Below are positions 23,301 through 37,700 of a stretch of 64,000 bases of DNA, piece after piece. Both the position numbers and the translations under genes were made by a program. Where the stretch lies: positions 6,758,001-6,822,000 of the forward strand of contig CM035352.1 in NCBI GenBank assembly GCA_020137815.1, given 5' to 3'. This DNA is from Hormiphora californensis (taxonomy: Eukaryota; Animalia; Ctenophora). The first letter of the stretch is position 1. Each line of letters starts with the position of its first letter. The notes under the pieces are model-generated. The model had not been told where the DNA came from and searched no databases. It saw nothing but the letters and a program-made list of their open reading frames with translations.

Positions 23301-26300
23301 TTTTCTCATTCGCTAATGAGTGTGACTTTAAACGCTCTCTATTCCAAACAGAAATCAATGACAGATCAACAATACATTAACCGATTATTTGTTTTAAAAA
23401 CAAAAGTCGAACCACGTTAGCGCCAATCGTTACATAATTTTTTGTTTTTTGGTCTCAAAACATACTTTTAAAATATGGTTTATATACGCCAATTAGAACC
23501 CCTCTAATACAGAGTGCAGTTCGTGAAAACACACACCTACCAAAACCATTTGTCGGCCAGTCCTTCTGCGGGTCCATTTTGGGTTTGACCTTAACCCCCC
23601 CCAAACCCAACCCCCTCCCCAAATCCACCACAATTAGCCGAAAGTCCGGACCGGGATGGATGAAGAAGATAGATCCCTTCTCAGAACCCAAGCGGAAATG
23701 TAGCCTAAGAAAGGAAACAGGCAGAAAGAGAATGAAAAGAGAGGAGAACATAAAGAGATCAGTCCAGAGAGACGAAAGGGAAAAGAAAAAGGTGGTTAGC
23801 GAGAGCAAAGAGTATTAAAAAGAGGGAGGGATAAAAACAGACGAGACATAGAACGTCAAAGGAGGGGTTTTGAACACAGATGAAAGATGAAGACCCAAGA
23901 GAAAAGTTTGAGATATTGAGAGTAGAAGAGAGCATGAGAAGAGAAAGAAGAGAGAAACGGAGAGAGAGAGAGGAAAGAGTTTTTGGAAATGGAGAGAGAG
24001 AGAGAAAAGAGGGAAAAGAATAGAAAAGAAGAGAGGGGAGGGGATGAGAAGGAGGAGAGAGAGAGAGAGAAAAGTAAGGATGCACATCTGCTTCTTGTAG
24101 TGGCCACCACACGTGATAGATTTAATGAGCTAGAGGTCGTACAATCATGCTCAGAAAGGTCAAAGAACTCGCGGAGACAGGAAAATATATGTGTGTGTGT
24201 GCACGTTAGCAGTTAGGACAATTAATTTCCGCTCTTTCATTTTCTAAACTGCCTCAAGCGTGTCAGCTTCCTCACTCAGCTTGGATATATATCCCTGGAT
24301 ACTATGGAATATATCCAGCTTCTTCAATAGCTAATGAGATACTATCTCAGTAATATCAGACATTATCTCAGAGATATGATCCAACAGAGTGATATGACGT
24401 GTCCCTAGATACTCTAAACATTTCAAAAGCATGCAGAAATTGACTTGGATGGATCAAATGACAGCAAAATGACACCATTGTTTAACATGTTTTGTTTTGG
24501 AAACAAGGTCTGTTAAAAACAGCCGGGAAACTGAACACTATCAAATGTTTACAAAAACATGTGAATGACACCCGACGTGATGTTTACAAAAACATGAACG
24601 ACATCCGATGGGCAGTAATTACTTTTAGATCTGGCAAAGACCACGCACACGTAGAGGGAGGAGGACAAAGAGGTTGAGGCAGCGGAGAGAGGGAGAAACC
24701 GCAGTTACTGGGATAATACCACTTAGCTCTCTCCCTTTCTCTTTCTATCTTTCTCTCTATCTCTCTCTAACTGAAACTCTCTCTAACTCTCTCTAACTCT
24801 CTTGTTCAATCTTCCTAAGTGTTTGGGGTCCTTACTCCTTTGAATTATGGGAGTGTACAAATTCTATTTACAAGTGAAACTCGATCTATCTAGAGAGTTC
24901 CTAGGTCCAGCAAGAGAGAGGGAGGGGAGTTTCAGAGAAATGAGGTCAGTAAAAGTAGGAAGAAAATAACATGGATAATGGATACGGGACGGATTGTTGG
25001 ACCACCTTTTTGCTGAGCAGGTTTAGCTAGTTTGGAAGCATGGGAGACCGGCTGAGTTACCCAGCAATATGAGAGTGCAGAATGCTCCTAGTGTACTAAC
25101 ACACAGCTGGCGGTACTGCAGAACACATACAACAACACCTCCACCAGCTGCTACCTCGGTCTAATTGGGCAGCTAATTTACGGCAGCTTCTTTGACAGAC
25201 CTGCACCCCCTCCTCCTCCACAACTACCCCTCCTCTGCAGCAACTAACAGCTTACTAGAAATGTTGTGGCACAACTTTATATATTCTACAGCAATAGGGA
25301 TATTATGTGTGTTATAGGGGTCTGAACTAATTGTAGCACACGTGTGTACATGAGGGTACTGGTGGGGGTCATACAGTATTGAATTGGAGTTGCTCAGATT
25401 GAATTTAGATTGGGGAGCACTGTTGGTGTATATTAAATGTAATCTCACCGAGACACAGAGGAGAGGTGGAGGATAGGAGAGATGGAGGATAGGAGAGATA
25501 GAGGTAAAGAGTAAGAGAGAGAGAGATGCCCAATATGTAATGAAGGGGGGGGGGGTGAAGCCGAAAAGGTGAATTAACCTAGGGAGACAAAATCTAAATA
25601 TACCCTATCATTATAGTAGTCTGACTCCTAAATACATGCTCTCTATTTCTCTATCTCTCTATTTTGCTTCTATCTTGCTTCTGAAGACACGGAGAGAAGC
25701 TCATAAGGATGAATAGTATCAGAAGACATATAATTACGGTTTGTAGCAGGGAAATTAATATATCGCATAATGAGGGCAATTACAGCCTGAGAGATATATT
25801 GACGTTACACAAGAATAAAGACACACAGCACGACAATAACTGTCAGCAATTGACTGTCAGCAAGTACCTGGGAAGAGGGGGCATGTAATACAGGGTGTGC
25901 AGTATTTTATGTTGTTAGGTTCTAACCCTCTATTACATTTGCGGAGCTCGCGGAAATGGGGTCTTACTAGGTAATATTGTATGATGCTCCCTAGTTTTAT
26001 TCTTGTGCGTGGTCGGTGTGATTATAACAGGTATTTGGGGGGCTGGAACCCCCAGGTATTACCATGCTACCCACGGGTGACACCCTCCTTCCCCAGTAAC
26101 CAAATACAAACATGATGGCCGTGAATTAGCGTGTAAAATAACCTCTCTCTCTCTCTGAGGGGAAGGAAAGAGCTCTCCGGCACTTCACAGAGCTCTATCT
26201 ATTGGCTGGTAAATAGTTGCCTTGCTCGACCCTCCCTCCCTGCGCCAAGTAAATAGAGCGAACAAGTTAATAGAGTGGAACTTCACGAAACAAGTCATTG

Positions 26301-26738
26301 AGTAGATCATATATGGGGGGATACACACACGCATTACTCAACTTCTAGTAGCGGTCACTCTGCGAGGACACACGTACTGAAATCTAAACACTGCTTGGAC
26401 CGTGAGATCTCTCTCTCTCTCTCTCTCTCAAACCCTGACGGAGGGCAATTAACCCTTCATTAATTGCCATCATGTGGAGAGAAAAGCAATTTAACAGATA
26501 GTAAATTGTCAGTATGACATAACCAGTTTCGGAACAGTATCTTGCCTTGCTCGACATATATAAACATAACAAACAGTATCAGGAATGAAAGTAGTGCTGC
26601 AGTATCAGGGCGGGGACATAAAATATGGAAAGTGTATACACTACTAAAATTGAGGCGTAACGGATAAAATGAGAAAGCGAGAATGAGGGATAGATAGGGA
26701 GAGAGAGAGAGATGAAGAGAGAGAGAAGAGAGAGAGAG

Positions 26739-26769
<31 letters not shown>

Positions 26770-27894
26770 AGAGAGAGAGTGAGAGAGAGAGAGTGAGAGA
26801 GAGAGCGATAGTTGGCAACTAGCTACACTTTCCTGCCGATCACTGTGTGCAAGCTAACTTCTAGTAGAGTACAGCACGTGACTTGGTGTATCTAACTGAC
26901 AATATGAGAGAGGGGGAGGGGCTTGTCATGTGTTTACGAGATACTAGATAGAGAGGGTCGAACAAGACAAGGAGGGGCCAGTTAGGATATGAGAGGGGTG
27001 GGACTCAGGTATAACTCCGTTACGACTTACGCGAATTTAACTAAAACTGTTTAACTGATGGAGGGAGAGAAGGAGACAGAGAGATAGAGAGAGACAGAGA
27101 GAGATAGCGAGGGAAACAGAGAGAGTGACAGAGAGATAATGATATGTCCTCGTTTGAAGTAGCGAAAGCACCGATAATAACGCCCAACCAGAGTTATTCC
27201 TAAGCTGGCGACATATTTGAAATTCTCGATTAAAATAGTTTAAAGGTGCAGGATATGATTTCTCTCTAACAATTTAAATGGGTACTTTTCAAGCAAGCTG
27301 TGGGCATATATAATTGAATAACTTAACTACCCAGCTTGAGAGAGACATATACATGCTCAATCAACTAAAAATAGGGCAGCGACATATTTTAATAAGGTAG
27401 TACATAGTTTTATAGTTTTCTAGTAGTCACCAATGACTGAGAATTAGAAAACTAGGCAAGGAAATATTGAAACACTTCAAAATTTGATTTGCCCGATGGG
27501 CCCGATAAAAATAAATTGTCACATCGGATTTACTATGTAATGGCACACTTAACACTATTTTACAAATCGATACCCTGTAAAACAAGACCCGATAATCCCG
27601 GGGACCCTACACATATTATTCAGTGACTATCACCTGCCCTCCCACTTGACCCCGACTGTATTACGGTACAAACCCGAAGAACAACGGTACAACTACGTTG
27701 AAAATCTCTAAGGGCTCCCAATACTAGTCATTAATTGAGTTGTGACCTAGTGGAGATCGGACGCTTATTCTCCCTGTGTACTGGCCAGCCTTCTGAAAGA
27801 AATGACTTCGTTACTTGTGCTAAAAGATTTTAACAATGTGGAGAGAGAGCAGAGAGGCAAGAGAGAGGAGGAGGAGAAGAGAGAGAGAGAAGAG

Positions 27895-27950
<56 letters not shown>

Positions 27951-28469
27951 TTACAGAGAAATCGGAATGGCTAATAGCGTGAGATCTTGAAAGGGGAGGT
28001 ATTTCCATTTGCAGGGGAGTGCTAAAAACCTTGATGAGGGATTGTAGGAGAGGAGGTAAAACCAGGAATCACTATCCGCTAGAAATATGTTCAAATCCTT
28101 CTCTGAGATGCTGTTCAGGTGCTCAACTTTGCATTTTCCCCTGGAAATATAAAATGGTTTAAAGCAACTGATAGTATCTGTCAGATATGTTGGTAAACTT
28201 TCAACCCCATACCTACAGGGCCTTGTAAAAAACGTAATAAGGGGATGTGTAACGTACCAACGAAGCATTAACGGCACGTTCAATAGATCATAATGGAAAT
28301 TGAATATTCGGGGGGCAGTGGAACTGGAATAATACTTTTTCGACGAATAGAGAATGAGACAGGTAAAGGAAATGAACATATTTCCATCTCTCTGTCTCTC
28401 TCTCCCGTTCTCTGTCTCTGTCTCCATTTCTCTCTCTCTCTCTCTCCTCTCTCTCTATCTCTCTCCTGA

Positions 28470-28504
<35 letters not shown>

Positions 28505-30793
28505 ACCTTTCTTGTCTCTGTCTTGTCTCTGTCTGTCTCTCTCTTCTCTCCTCTATCTCTGCTTACTCGCTCTCCCTCTCTCTCTCTCTCCTCTCTCTGC
28601 TCGCTCCTCTCGTATTGTATTGCAACATCCCAATCGATTAAGGAGATCCAGAAACTTCTATACAGCTTCATCTTGACAACCAAGTTACTTACAATGAAGG
28701 CAATCCATGGGAATGTTTAAAACTTGTGCTAAAAGAAGAACATGCTTGAGTCTCGACCCTCTCGCCCTCCCATTACATGCCCCACACATGGGTAGAGGAA
28801 GGGGTGTATACTACATGTTACGTGACATCATATTATACAATAAGATATCCCACACACAATAATTAGATATATCTCACACACTTCTCAAATGTTTTAAAAG
28901 ACCATACGGTGTGGTCAGTGGTGAATATCACATATAAACGGTTTAACTAACTGGTGAAATTTGTCGAGTAAGGTAGACCTAGAACCTAGGCAGAATATGG
29001 GAGTGTTTGAAAAAGCGATAAACTTTTTAGGAACCTCTGTGGCAATATGAATGAAGGGAGAGCTACAAATTAATAGAGCCTGTCTAAAGTCCAATTTTTT
29101 ATTTAAGCGACAGGCCGCCGCGCATCAAAATGCAGCGCTTGGAATCGATTTCCGGTTCCTGATAAGCTAGCGACTTTTTCTTGGTGCCATTGGAAAGATA
29201 AACATTTTATCTTTCCAACGCAACCAAGGATCAAGTCTTTATCTTATCAGGAACCGGAGATATGACCAATTAACTAATTGAATGCGCGGCGGCCTGTCGC
29301 TTAAATAAAAAATTCGACTATAGTGTCGCGGGGTGAGAGGGTCGAGCAAGGCAACCTGACAGGCCAATCTAGCGAGACGAAGATGGAAAGACGGATACAT
29401 CAATTAGGCAGTAATAAACCATGTAACTCACAAATCCAATCATGGATCGTCCCAAAAACGAAAACCAATTAAAAAGTTGATTGAGATTGGTGGGTGCCGC
29501 TGCACGCGGTGGCTCCACATGATGGAAGGCTGAGCGCGGTATGCGCTCACCTTTGCACTATAAAAGAACCTCCGCGCGCTACGGCAAACACCCCCAAAAA
29601 CACAACGAGAGTCAGACTCAGAGCGGCGTGATTAAATTGATTGGTACATGTCGGGGAGCTGGGCGTTTCTATACCTTAGTGCCTCGAGAGTACACATGTC
29701 ACTGCAATTGGACGAGAACAGCTCCTTGGCTTTAAGTCGAGGAGATTTTATCATCCGAACTTTATCTGAAGGAGGTCCATGTTTTTAATATATGGTCTAA
29801 TTAATGAAATGTAGTATAATGCAGACGTTGCAACATGTACATGCACAATCGGATAAGAGAGGGGAGAAGCGATAGAGAGAGAGAGAGGAGAGGAGTGAGA
29901 AGAGGAGACGGGAGAGAGATGAGAGAAGAAGAAGAGAGGAAGAGATGAGGAGGATAGAGAAGAGAGGAGAGAGAGAGAGAGAGAGGTGGAGAGAAGAGAG
30001 AGAGGAGGAGAGATGAAGAGAGAGAGAGAGGGAGAGAGAGCCGGAGGAGAATGAGCACGATGAGACGAGGAGATGATTGATAGAAGCAGAGACGAGCAGA
30101 AGAGAGCAGAGAGGGAGAGAGAGAAACACGATACACGCCCTATCTTCTAAATGACGGCACGTCCTATAATTATCCCGAATAATAAAGTTCCTGAATTATA
30201 TGCAAGAGAGGGGGGTGTCAAATATTCCACGCCCTGTTGTGGACATATACTGTGACTCTCGGTTGGTCTATCAGTTGTAGGAGAATCCTGTTGGTAGATA
30301 GCTTCCGGGACCTCACTAGTTCGATAGAACCATTCAACTTGTACCACCTCTTTCGGTTTCTGAGAAATGGGAACTTGAATGGGATGTGAATCAGATATCT
30401 CTATCTCTCCAACCCGGATAGAGGGGGAAATGTATTAACTCTCTCTCTCTCTCTTTCCAAGAGCGTGTGGATATAAACAATGGAGCCCCAAAACTATACA
30501 TAACTTGTTCAAACTCTCTCACGCATAGAGTACGTTCTGCACAACAGTATGAACTATTATACAAGCTTCCCCCCTACAACTAGTATACAAGCTAGAAACA
30601 TGAAATATATATTCACTAAAGGAGGGAGGGGTCTAGACAATGAACAATGTTCAGACAGTGTCTCGTGTATGAACAATACAATGAACAACCCGGGGGGGGG
30701 GGGGGGGGTAACTTACATGTTTCACGTCCTTTATAGTCCCAATGTACCAGGGGATATCCGGCCTGTGGCTATCTACATAAACCGTATCTGGAG

Positions 30794-30873
<80 letters not shown>

Positions 30874-30914
30874 GAGAGATAGCGAGAGACAGCGACAGAC
30901 AGAGAGATAGTGAC

Positions 30915-30963
<49 letters not shown>

Positions 30964-31714
30964 GAAAAAGAGAGAGAGTGAGAAGTCAACATACCTCCTA
31001 TGAAGTACTCAGTTCCCTCAAATTCACAATCAGAGTTCAACTTTCCCTTACTCTTCTTTTCATTTTGACGGCTCTGAAATGTAATAATATCGTGAAACGT
31101 CTGAATTCTGAAACGACACAATTCACTTCAAGAGTTGTTGAAACACATCTTTATGTGTGGTAATGTGGTTATAATGTGGTTATGTGGTCTCGCATATGGT
31201 GAGGAAGAGGTTCGTTCTAGGAGGTGGTTAGCGAGTTGATGCTGTAGACTGTGCGACTATTTAAACAGCTTGAAAACCACCCAGCTACTTAACTTGTTGT
31301 AACTACCCCTACAACTCAATTATGAGAGAGGGAGAGAAGTGGGGAGAGAAGTAAAGGGTGTTTAGGGCAATATGTGCAGTACTAGAAACTACTACTACCA
31401 TTTGGGGCATGGGCCTCTAAATTGTCTCTAATATGTGCAATGGTAGAAACTACTACATGGGCCTCTAAATTGTCTCTAATATGTGCAATGGTAGAAAATA
31501 CTAAATGTGCCTCTAAATTGTCTCCAATATGTGCAGTACTAGAAACTACTACATGGGCCTCTAAATTGTCTCTAATATGTGCAATGGTAGAAAATACTAA
31601 ATGTGTGTCTTCCCCAATTACCTGTGGGCTATCAGTGTTCCTTCCAGATGTTCTGTTAGTTTTCTGTAGAGCCCGGGTCAACCTTCGTTCTGCCGGTGGT
31701 ACCTCTTCGCCCAT
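15410..31714 (-). CDS. RERE: RERE/Atrophin-2/EGL-27-like corepressor (BAH-ELM2-SANT-GATA zinc finger, Q/P-rich C-terminus), multi-exon
   Basis: First coding exon 31622-31714. BAH: DTVYVDSHRPDIPWYIGTI, VEWFYRTSEVPEAIYQ, RGKCKVEH..WFYLLSYNP. RRLASTQGE lies at about 27790. ELM2: SVAAFAGICNGGS..ALNLLHNSGY (19659-19826). SANT: WAEEEKRLFEQGIKQFGKHF..VEYYYLWK (19256-19536). GATA: CDHC..RWRYGG..LCVSCRLHFKRFG (18797-19099). Further exons at 17349-17815 and 17062-17166, and approximately 16621-16831, 15875-16322 and 15410-15754. Confidence 0.92.
18600..18667. mobile_element. Short CAGTCGGACCCCGAT-family MITE
   Basis: CAGTCGGACCCCGAT ... ATCGGGGTCCGACTG, the same TIR as 11327-11498. Confidence 0.8.
22172..22271. 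other. Assembly gap (100 N) inside an RERE intron
   Basis: Run of N. Confidence 1.
29087..29320. mobile_element. MITE of the AAGT/TA family
   Basis: TA|AAGTCCAATTTTTTATTTAAGCGACAGGCCGCCGCGCAT ... ATGCGCGGCGGCCTGTCGCTTAAATAAAAAATTCGACTA|TA. Internal TCCGGTTCCTGA and TATCTTATCAGGAACCGGAG are shared with 61285-61506. Confidence 0.85.
31370..31606. repeat. 48-bp tandem repeat, about 5 copies, in the first RERE intron
   Basis: TGGGCCTCTAAATTGTCTCTAATATGTGCAATGGTAGAAACTACTACA units with period 48. Confidence 0.9.
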
Positions 31715-34337
31715 GATACTCAATAAATCATCCTTCTATTAGGTGGTTATTTATTATTCACTGAGTCATAATTATCCCTTTTTCTGAATACCAACTTATT
31801 GTAATATGTTAAAGGACAAGGAGAATGAAGTTAAGAGAATCGTATAACTATCAATGGTTACACTATAACAGTAACTAGACGTCTAGTTACCAACTCCTCT
31901 TTAGGGGGTAACTGGAATCATTAGTTGTAACTATTTAACTAAATGAAGGCTCACTTCAAATCATAACGGCTAGACATCGTAGTGTTACTAAAGGGGTGTT
32001 AAAGGGGTGCTATGTACTAACTTGTTATGTGCTAACCCTCCCTTTACATTTGTAAAGGGACTGGGAGCTCGCGAAAAGAGGGTCGAGCTAGGCAACTACT
32101 ACTAGATAGAACACATTATAAGAAAGTTGTTCGATAATTATTTTTAGTTTAAACCTTTTATAAATGAGATTTATATAAATCTCTATTTAAGGCTAAATCG
32201 GGGTGCAAGTTAACCAGTTTAACTCTTTCAAACAATTTTAAAAAGTGTTTACTGCATACAAGGATCAATATGTCAAATATTGACAATCTAAACCATGTAA
32301 ACAAAGTCACATGTTACAAAACACAGGTACTAGTGTTATACTGTATAACTTATACAGTTACAATATCTGATAACATACTGAATTAAACACTACAGTAATA
32401 CTGATAACATATTGAGTCATAAACATGTCCGATTTGAAATGACGTTACTCGTGTATGCATATCAGAAATAAATTTCATCTTAGTCGCATACAAGAAGTAA
32501 GAACCCGTTATTTTCAAACTATTATTGAGACGAAAGTGCTTGCATAATATTTACACAAAAGGGGGCATATAATATGTAGAGAGGAACAGATATAATATGT
32601 AAAGGGAGGGAGGCAGGTACTCAAAAGGGTCTAAATGGTACACAGAGGGCCCTCCGTGGCACGTGACCGGGTGTAACTTGGGTCGGTGAGAGAAAGAGAG
32701 GGAGAGAGAGAAAGAGAGGGAAGACATGTAGAGAGAAAGAGAGGGAAGACGGTGAGAGAAAGAGAGGGAAGACATATTATATAGGGGGATGCAAGAAATG
32801 AAATAAAAGGGTTGGACCAATTTACCATTAAATATAAGTGATCTAAGCACAATAAATGTCCATAACAAAAAAAAGGATACAAAATAGGCATAATGAATGA
32901 GCGACTTGAGTAGTACGGCGGTTGAGTAGCCCAGAAAAAAAGGGAAGGGAATATAGAAAGGGTGGTAGAGAGAGAGAGTGAGAGAGAGAGAGAGAAAGAA
33001 TCAAGACTACAAATAGAAGGAATAGAATATATTTATGCGTTTCATGTTACCGGGACAACTCAACCCCCCTCCCCCCCCGCTCCGTTGTGCAACACTCTGA
33101 CAGTGTGATACGATGAATTATATGGCACCGGCCGGGGGAGCAAATAGACACATATCACATAACAATGCATCGTAGGAACATAACAATGTTCCTAGGGGCT
33201 AGGATGTTGCAATTTGAATGTAAACATCTTGAAGTGATGAACACATATATTTCGATATACAAATACAAAAAAGGCAAAGGAAAACAAAACCTATTTGATG
33301 TGCATATAAGTGTGTAATTAAGTGGGGTCCAGCCCTAAACAAGTCAAGTCCACCGGCCAACCACAGCATTTATTTAGGGCTGGACCCCTCATTTTCCCAG
33401 AACTAACTATGTGTGTAAAGATTGCAATGAACCCCCCACATCAAATTACCCGAGAAACAGAGAGGGAATATAAAAAGCAGCTGGTACCCCGGCAGCAGGT
33501 GTTCAGATCCATTAACACATCTGTGAGCTATCCCCCCTCAACTGCAGTACTACATATTATTCAGGTACCCTCCACACATACAAAGAATATAAATGGATGG
33601 GTGGATTGAGCAATATTTATCATGTTACAAAAAATCAGATCTGAGGACTAATTACACCATCCAATCATGGTCATCGTTTAGAGAGAGAGAGTTATGGAGA
33701 GATGCACAATATGACGTCAGGTAACTGGTATAATTGCTACCAGTTGTGCCAGAAGAGTATAATGTGAGTGAATTGTGCTGATTACTGCTTGCCAGAAGTC
33801 AGAACTGTATAATAATGAATTAAATGTTGTGTTCAGTGAACTGTTCACCCTTGAGCTAAAATATATCAGCACACCAACTGCTATAATTCAGGCCTCGGGG
33901 GACCACAAAACGGATGATGTGATTCCAAACAAGTAAGAGGGTTGTAACACCACCGAGAATAAACCAGGTATGTACCAACGTGGATTACCCACCACCCACG
34001 AAGATAAAGACATGGTTCCCCGGGGAGCATTCTTATTTGAGCAATATTTGACAGATACGATATCGAGGCGACGGCATGTGATGGGGCATGGGTGATGGGG
34101 ATTTGTACCAATGCTGAAGTCCATAAGCGTTGATGCTTCCAGAGCGTAGTACAAACTACAACCACTACAAATATAAATTCTCGGGTGTGGGGTAGAATTC
34201 TCGAAAAATTAAGGATAAATGAGTTTCCAACAAAGAAAATTTACGAATTTTAAGTGGGACAGTAATGTTTTGTGATTATTACTGCTAGTCTAACAAACGT
34301 AATGGAATGGGGAAGCGTGATTTAGCCGCAGAGGCGA

Positions 34338-34725
34338 ATAAGGAACCATAATAAAGTTCAAGAGCGCACCCCATCCAAGAGCGTACCACCTCCAAAAGAC
34401 ACCACTCCAAGAGCGCACCACATCAAAGAGAGCTCCCCGTCCAGAAGATACCGCGCGCAGGGGACACCACGCGCAGAAGAGACCGCACGCGCAAATACAA
34501 CGCCGCGCTGGTCTCTTCTGCGCGTGGTGTCCCCTGCGCGTGGTATCTTCTGGATGGGGAGCTCTCTTTGATGTGGTGCGCTCTTGAAGTGGTGTCTTCT
34601 GGAGGTGGTGCGCTCTTGGATGTGGTCTCTTTTGGGTGTGGTGTGCTCTCAGGTGTGGTCTCTCTTCGATCGGGTACGCTCTTGGGTGCTCTTGGAGGCT
34701 CTTGAACTTTATTATGGTTCCTTAT
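34338..34725. mobile_element. Foldback MITE, probably PIF/Harbinger-like
   Basis: ATAAGGAACCATAATAAAGTTCAAGAGC ... GCTCTTGAACTTTATTATGGTTCCTTAT. A long inner inverted repeat and AAGAGCGCACC subrepeats are present. Confidence 0.8.
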
Positions 34726-37700
34726 AATCAAGAAATTCCTAAGAAATTTTTAAAAATCTTTAAAAAACTGAACTCGGCTCAGCAAAAAAATGAGAGCTGT
34801 TATGGATTAAATTGTTGCGCGGCGCGGCGCGTTTTTTGCGCGTTACAAGTCATCACCGATAAAATGTTTTCCTCCGCAAGCAGCTGAGATTCTGACCAAT
34901 CAGCGTCGAGTTGAGCCCTGCCATTCCTGTGCGACAAAGGAGGAAGAATCTCTCACTTTCTAACAGGCGTCCGTTCACCAGCCTACACACACACGGCTTT
35001 ATATGCTGGTATGCCGGGTTGCTTTTAACGGCTATCAGTACCACCAACACAACCACTGGGTTTGGCTGGTTTAACTGTTTTTTTTTCAGTGGTGCACCGA
35101 CCCGGCGCGACAACCTTATCTGCGCCAAATTTGATCTTACACCGGATGCCACTGGTACTTTGCCAAGAATAGCTTTTTCAAACAAAATGTAGGGTATTAG
35201 GTAATTCTGCCATAGAAAACTATGTATGTTCTGCACCACTCTGAACCATTTTTAGCTGATGTCTGTAATAATAAATATACAGTTCTCTCTTCTCACTCCA
35301 TTCTCTAGTAGTAGTTCCACTCTCCCTCAACGCTACCATCCATAGTTCTATTAATAGCTTTTTGGATTATAGCTGAGACTATTGATTAGATTGATAAAGG
35401 GAGCCAGATATTAGAGAGAGCGTGATTTGCGGGTTGCGAAGCCCTGAGGGTCATTGGCTCTCGCTCTCTTACCCCTCTCTTGATTCTACCAGCTACCAGG
35501 ACTGACTTTAGTATAATTGCTGGTGTAGGATGCATTCAGGAGAAGAAGGTCGGTTAATATATGGCTACTGGTATTAGCCTGTTTGTTGTTGTTAATTTAA
35601 TAATTAATTTGTAGGTTTGCAATTAATTTAACAATTTTCATTTTTCTACGGGGACAGAGATCCTGGAACTTTGATTCTCAGAACTCTTAGCTTGAACTGA
35701 AATAGATGCGCACTTGTGATCACAATAAATTAACTTAATGAATATTTGATAAGCTGCTTGAGATTTGAATTGTTCATACTGCACGGAAAGTTCTGAGTTG
35801 AAATAATAAAAAACAGACTTCAGAGGCGTACTTAGATCATTGATTTGATCCTTGATTTGATCCTTCGAGAGAAGGTTCGTAGATAAACTTTGAGAAAAAA
35901 ACTTGAGGAAAATATGACCTTGTGATCGTATTATTATCGCGTTTCTACTCCATTTCGGGGATGTGGATCACACCGCATTCGACGCAGTGTGCTCCGCGTT
36001 CGTGAGGGTTCGGTAGATCAAACTTCGCGAAGCTTCTATCCACCCGTTTCCTCCATCTCCCTCTCTCTCTTTTTTTTCTCTCTCTCTCTCTCTCTCTTTC
36101 TCCGTATCTCTCTCACCAACTCACTCACTCACTCCTCTCTCTTATCTACAACACCACCACCCACTCTCATTTAACCGATGACAGGACTTCGCATTCCCAT
36201 TCTACTTTCTCTCAATTCTAACGTAACATCATTTACCACTCTCACTCCGCTTGCCTCCTCCAGTCTCCACGCAGTACTCCTTGTTGTTTTATCCATTTAT
36301 TCCATATTTGGGTGGCACATCCGTTATAATGGAGCGCATGAGGGTCTGCCCCTTCCCCCCCCCCTTTCTGGATATTCTTGCTTGCAGGTGTGTAACTTGA
36401 TTTATATCTGATAAAAAGGGGGGCCCTTCCCCTTGTTTTTGGGAAGGTTTTCCCCACCCAAAAAGGGGCCCCCCCCCCCCCCCAAAAACCCAAAGAAAAC
36501 CCCCCCCCCCCCAAAAACCCCCCTTTTTTTTCTTATCTTATTTTATTTTCCCCTATCTCTTCTTTTTACTTTTTTCTTTTCTCCTCGCCCAAAAAAAAAA
36601 ACTATAATTTTTATTATTCGTAGTTATACAAAATCACAGAAGGGGGTGCTGGAGTGACTTTAAAAAAGGGGATCCCCCCAACCCCCGAATTTCCCCCTTT
36701 CTTCCCTTTTTTCCTCCTTCCCTCTTTCCCTTCTGGTAGTGCCCCCCCCCCCCCCCCCCCCCCTCTTCTCTCTCTCTCTTCTCTCTCTCTCTCCTTCTCT
36801 CTTCCAGATTTTCATAAAACAAGGCAGTGAAAAAGGGGACAGGGGAGTAAAAAATGTGGACAGGGGAAATGTGAAAAAAATGCCTCCACAGTGCGCTGTG
36901 CAGGGGAGTTTTATGCCTATAAAGTGCGACAAAATTTTTAATTTTAAGAAAAGTGAGGAATGAAGTGAAGGTCGAAAAGTTTTGCCCTGGTCGCTACAAG
37001 GGGGGTTGGGCTTATAAGCAGTGCTTAGGTTTGATGTTTTTGGAAAAAAAAGTGTTATAAGATATGGTGGTGGGTTGGTTTTAGAGGAGTTGAGAGGTAG
37101 AAGTGTCGTGGGTTAGGGGCTGTTGGTTTGGGTTAAAAATTAATTTTAAATTTGGGGGGGCAGTCCAATTGATTCCCCCTTTTAAGAAGCCAATGATTTT
37201 TATTGGGGTATAATCATTGAATATTCCTTCTTCTCATTTTCTACCTGCCAAGATCTCCAAAAAGATATCCTGAAAGGGGGGGGGGGTAATTTTCAGGCCA
37301 AATAGATTTATATCGTTATTCGTTGATTATCCCCTTTTGCTATGAACTAAGTATTTAACATCAAGCTTTAATTTATTTTATGATTACTAATTTTGACTTA
37401 GTATGGTCGTCTAGAAATAACATCCCAATCATATCAAATTTGCGTTTTTTGCCTGAGTGCTACTGAACCATGTTATAGCCAGTGCATGCACTGAATATGT
37501 ATGTTTGTACACACACATTTTTTTCTCTCTTCTCTCTTCCGGAAACGGAGATCGACAAATAAGTCTCTCTCTCACTCTCAGTCCTAACAAAATTTCCCCT
37601 CTAATCTCTCTCTCTCTCCTCTACTCTCCTTTCCTTTTTCCACTTCTCAAAAAGGGAGGACATAATCTCCCATAAACAGGGCGGGAGCCGTTCTATTTCT

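Noticed and set aside
27750-30360. Frameshifts in RERE BAH/ELM2 exons suggesting a pseudogene or recoding
   Set aside because: They lie in visibly indel-rich sequence while the other exons are intact; most likely assembly errors.
34853-35239. 128-aa ORF faintly like a MULE transposase C-terminus
   Set aside because: No SWIM or DDE residues are recognisable; support is too weak.
36420-37300. Homopolymer-rich ORFs; similar ones at 20490-24200
   Set aside because: Low-quality or low-complexity sequence.
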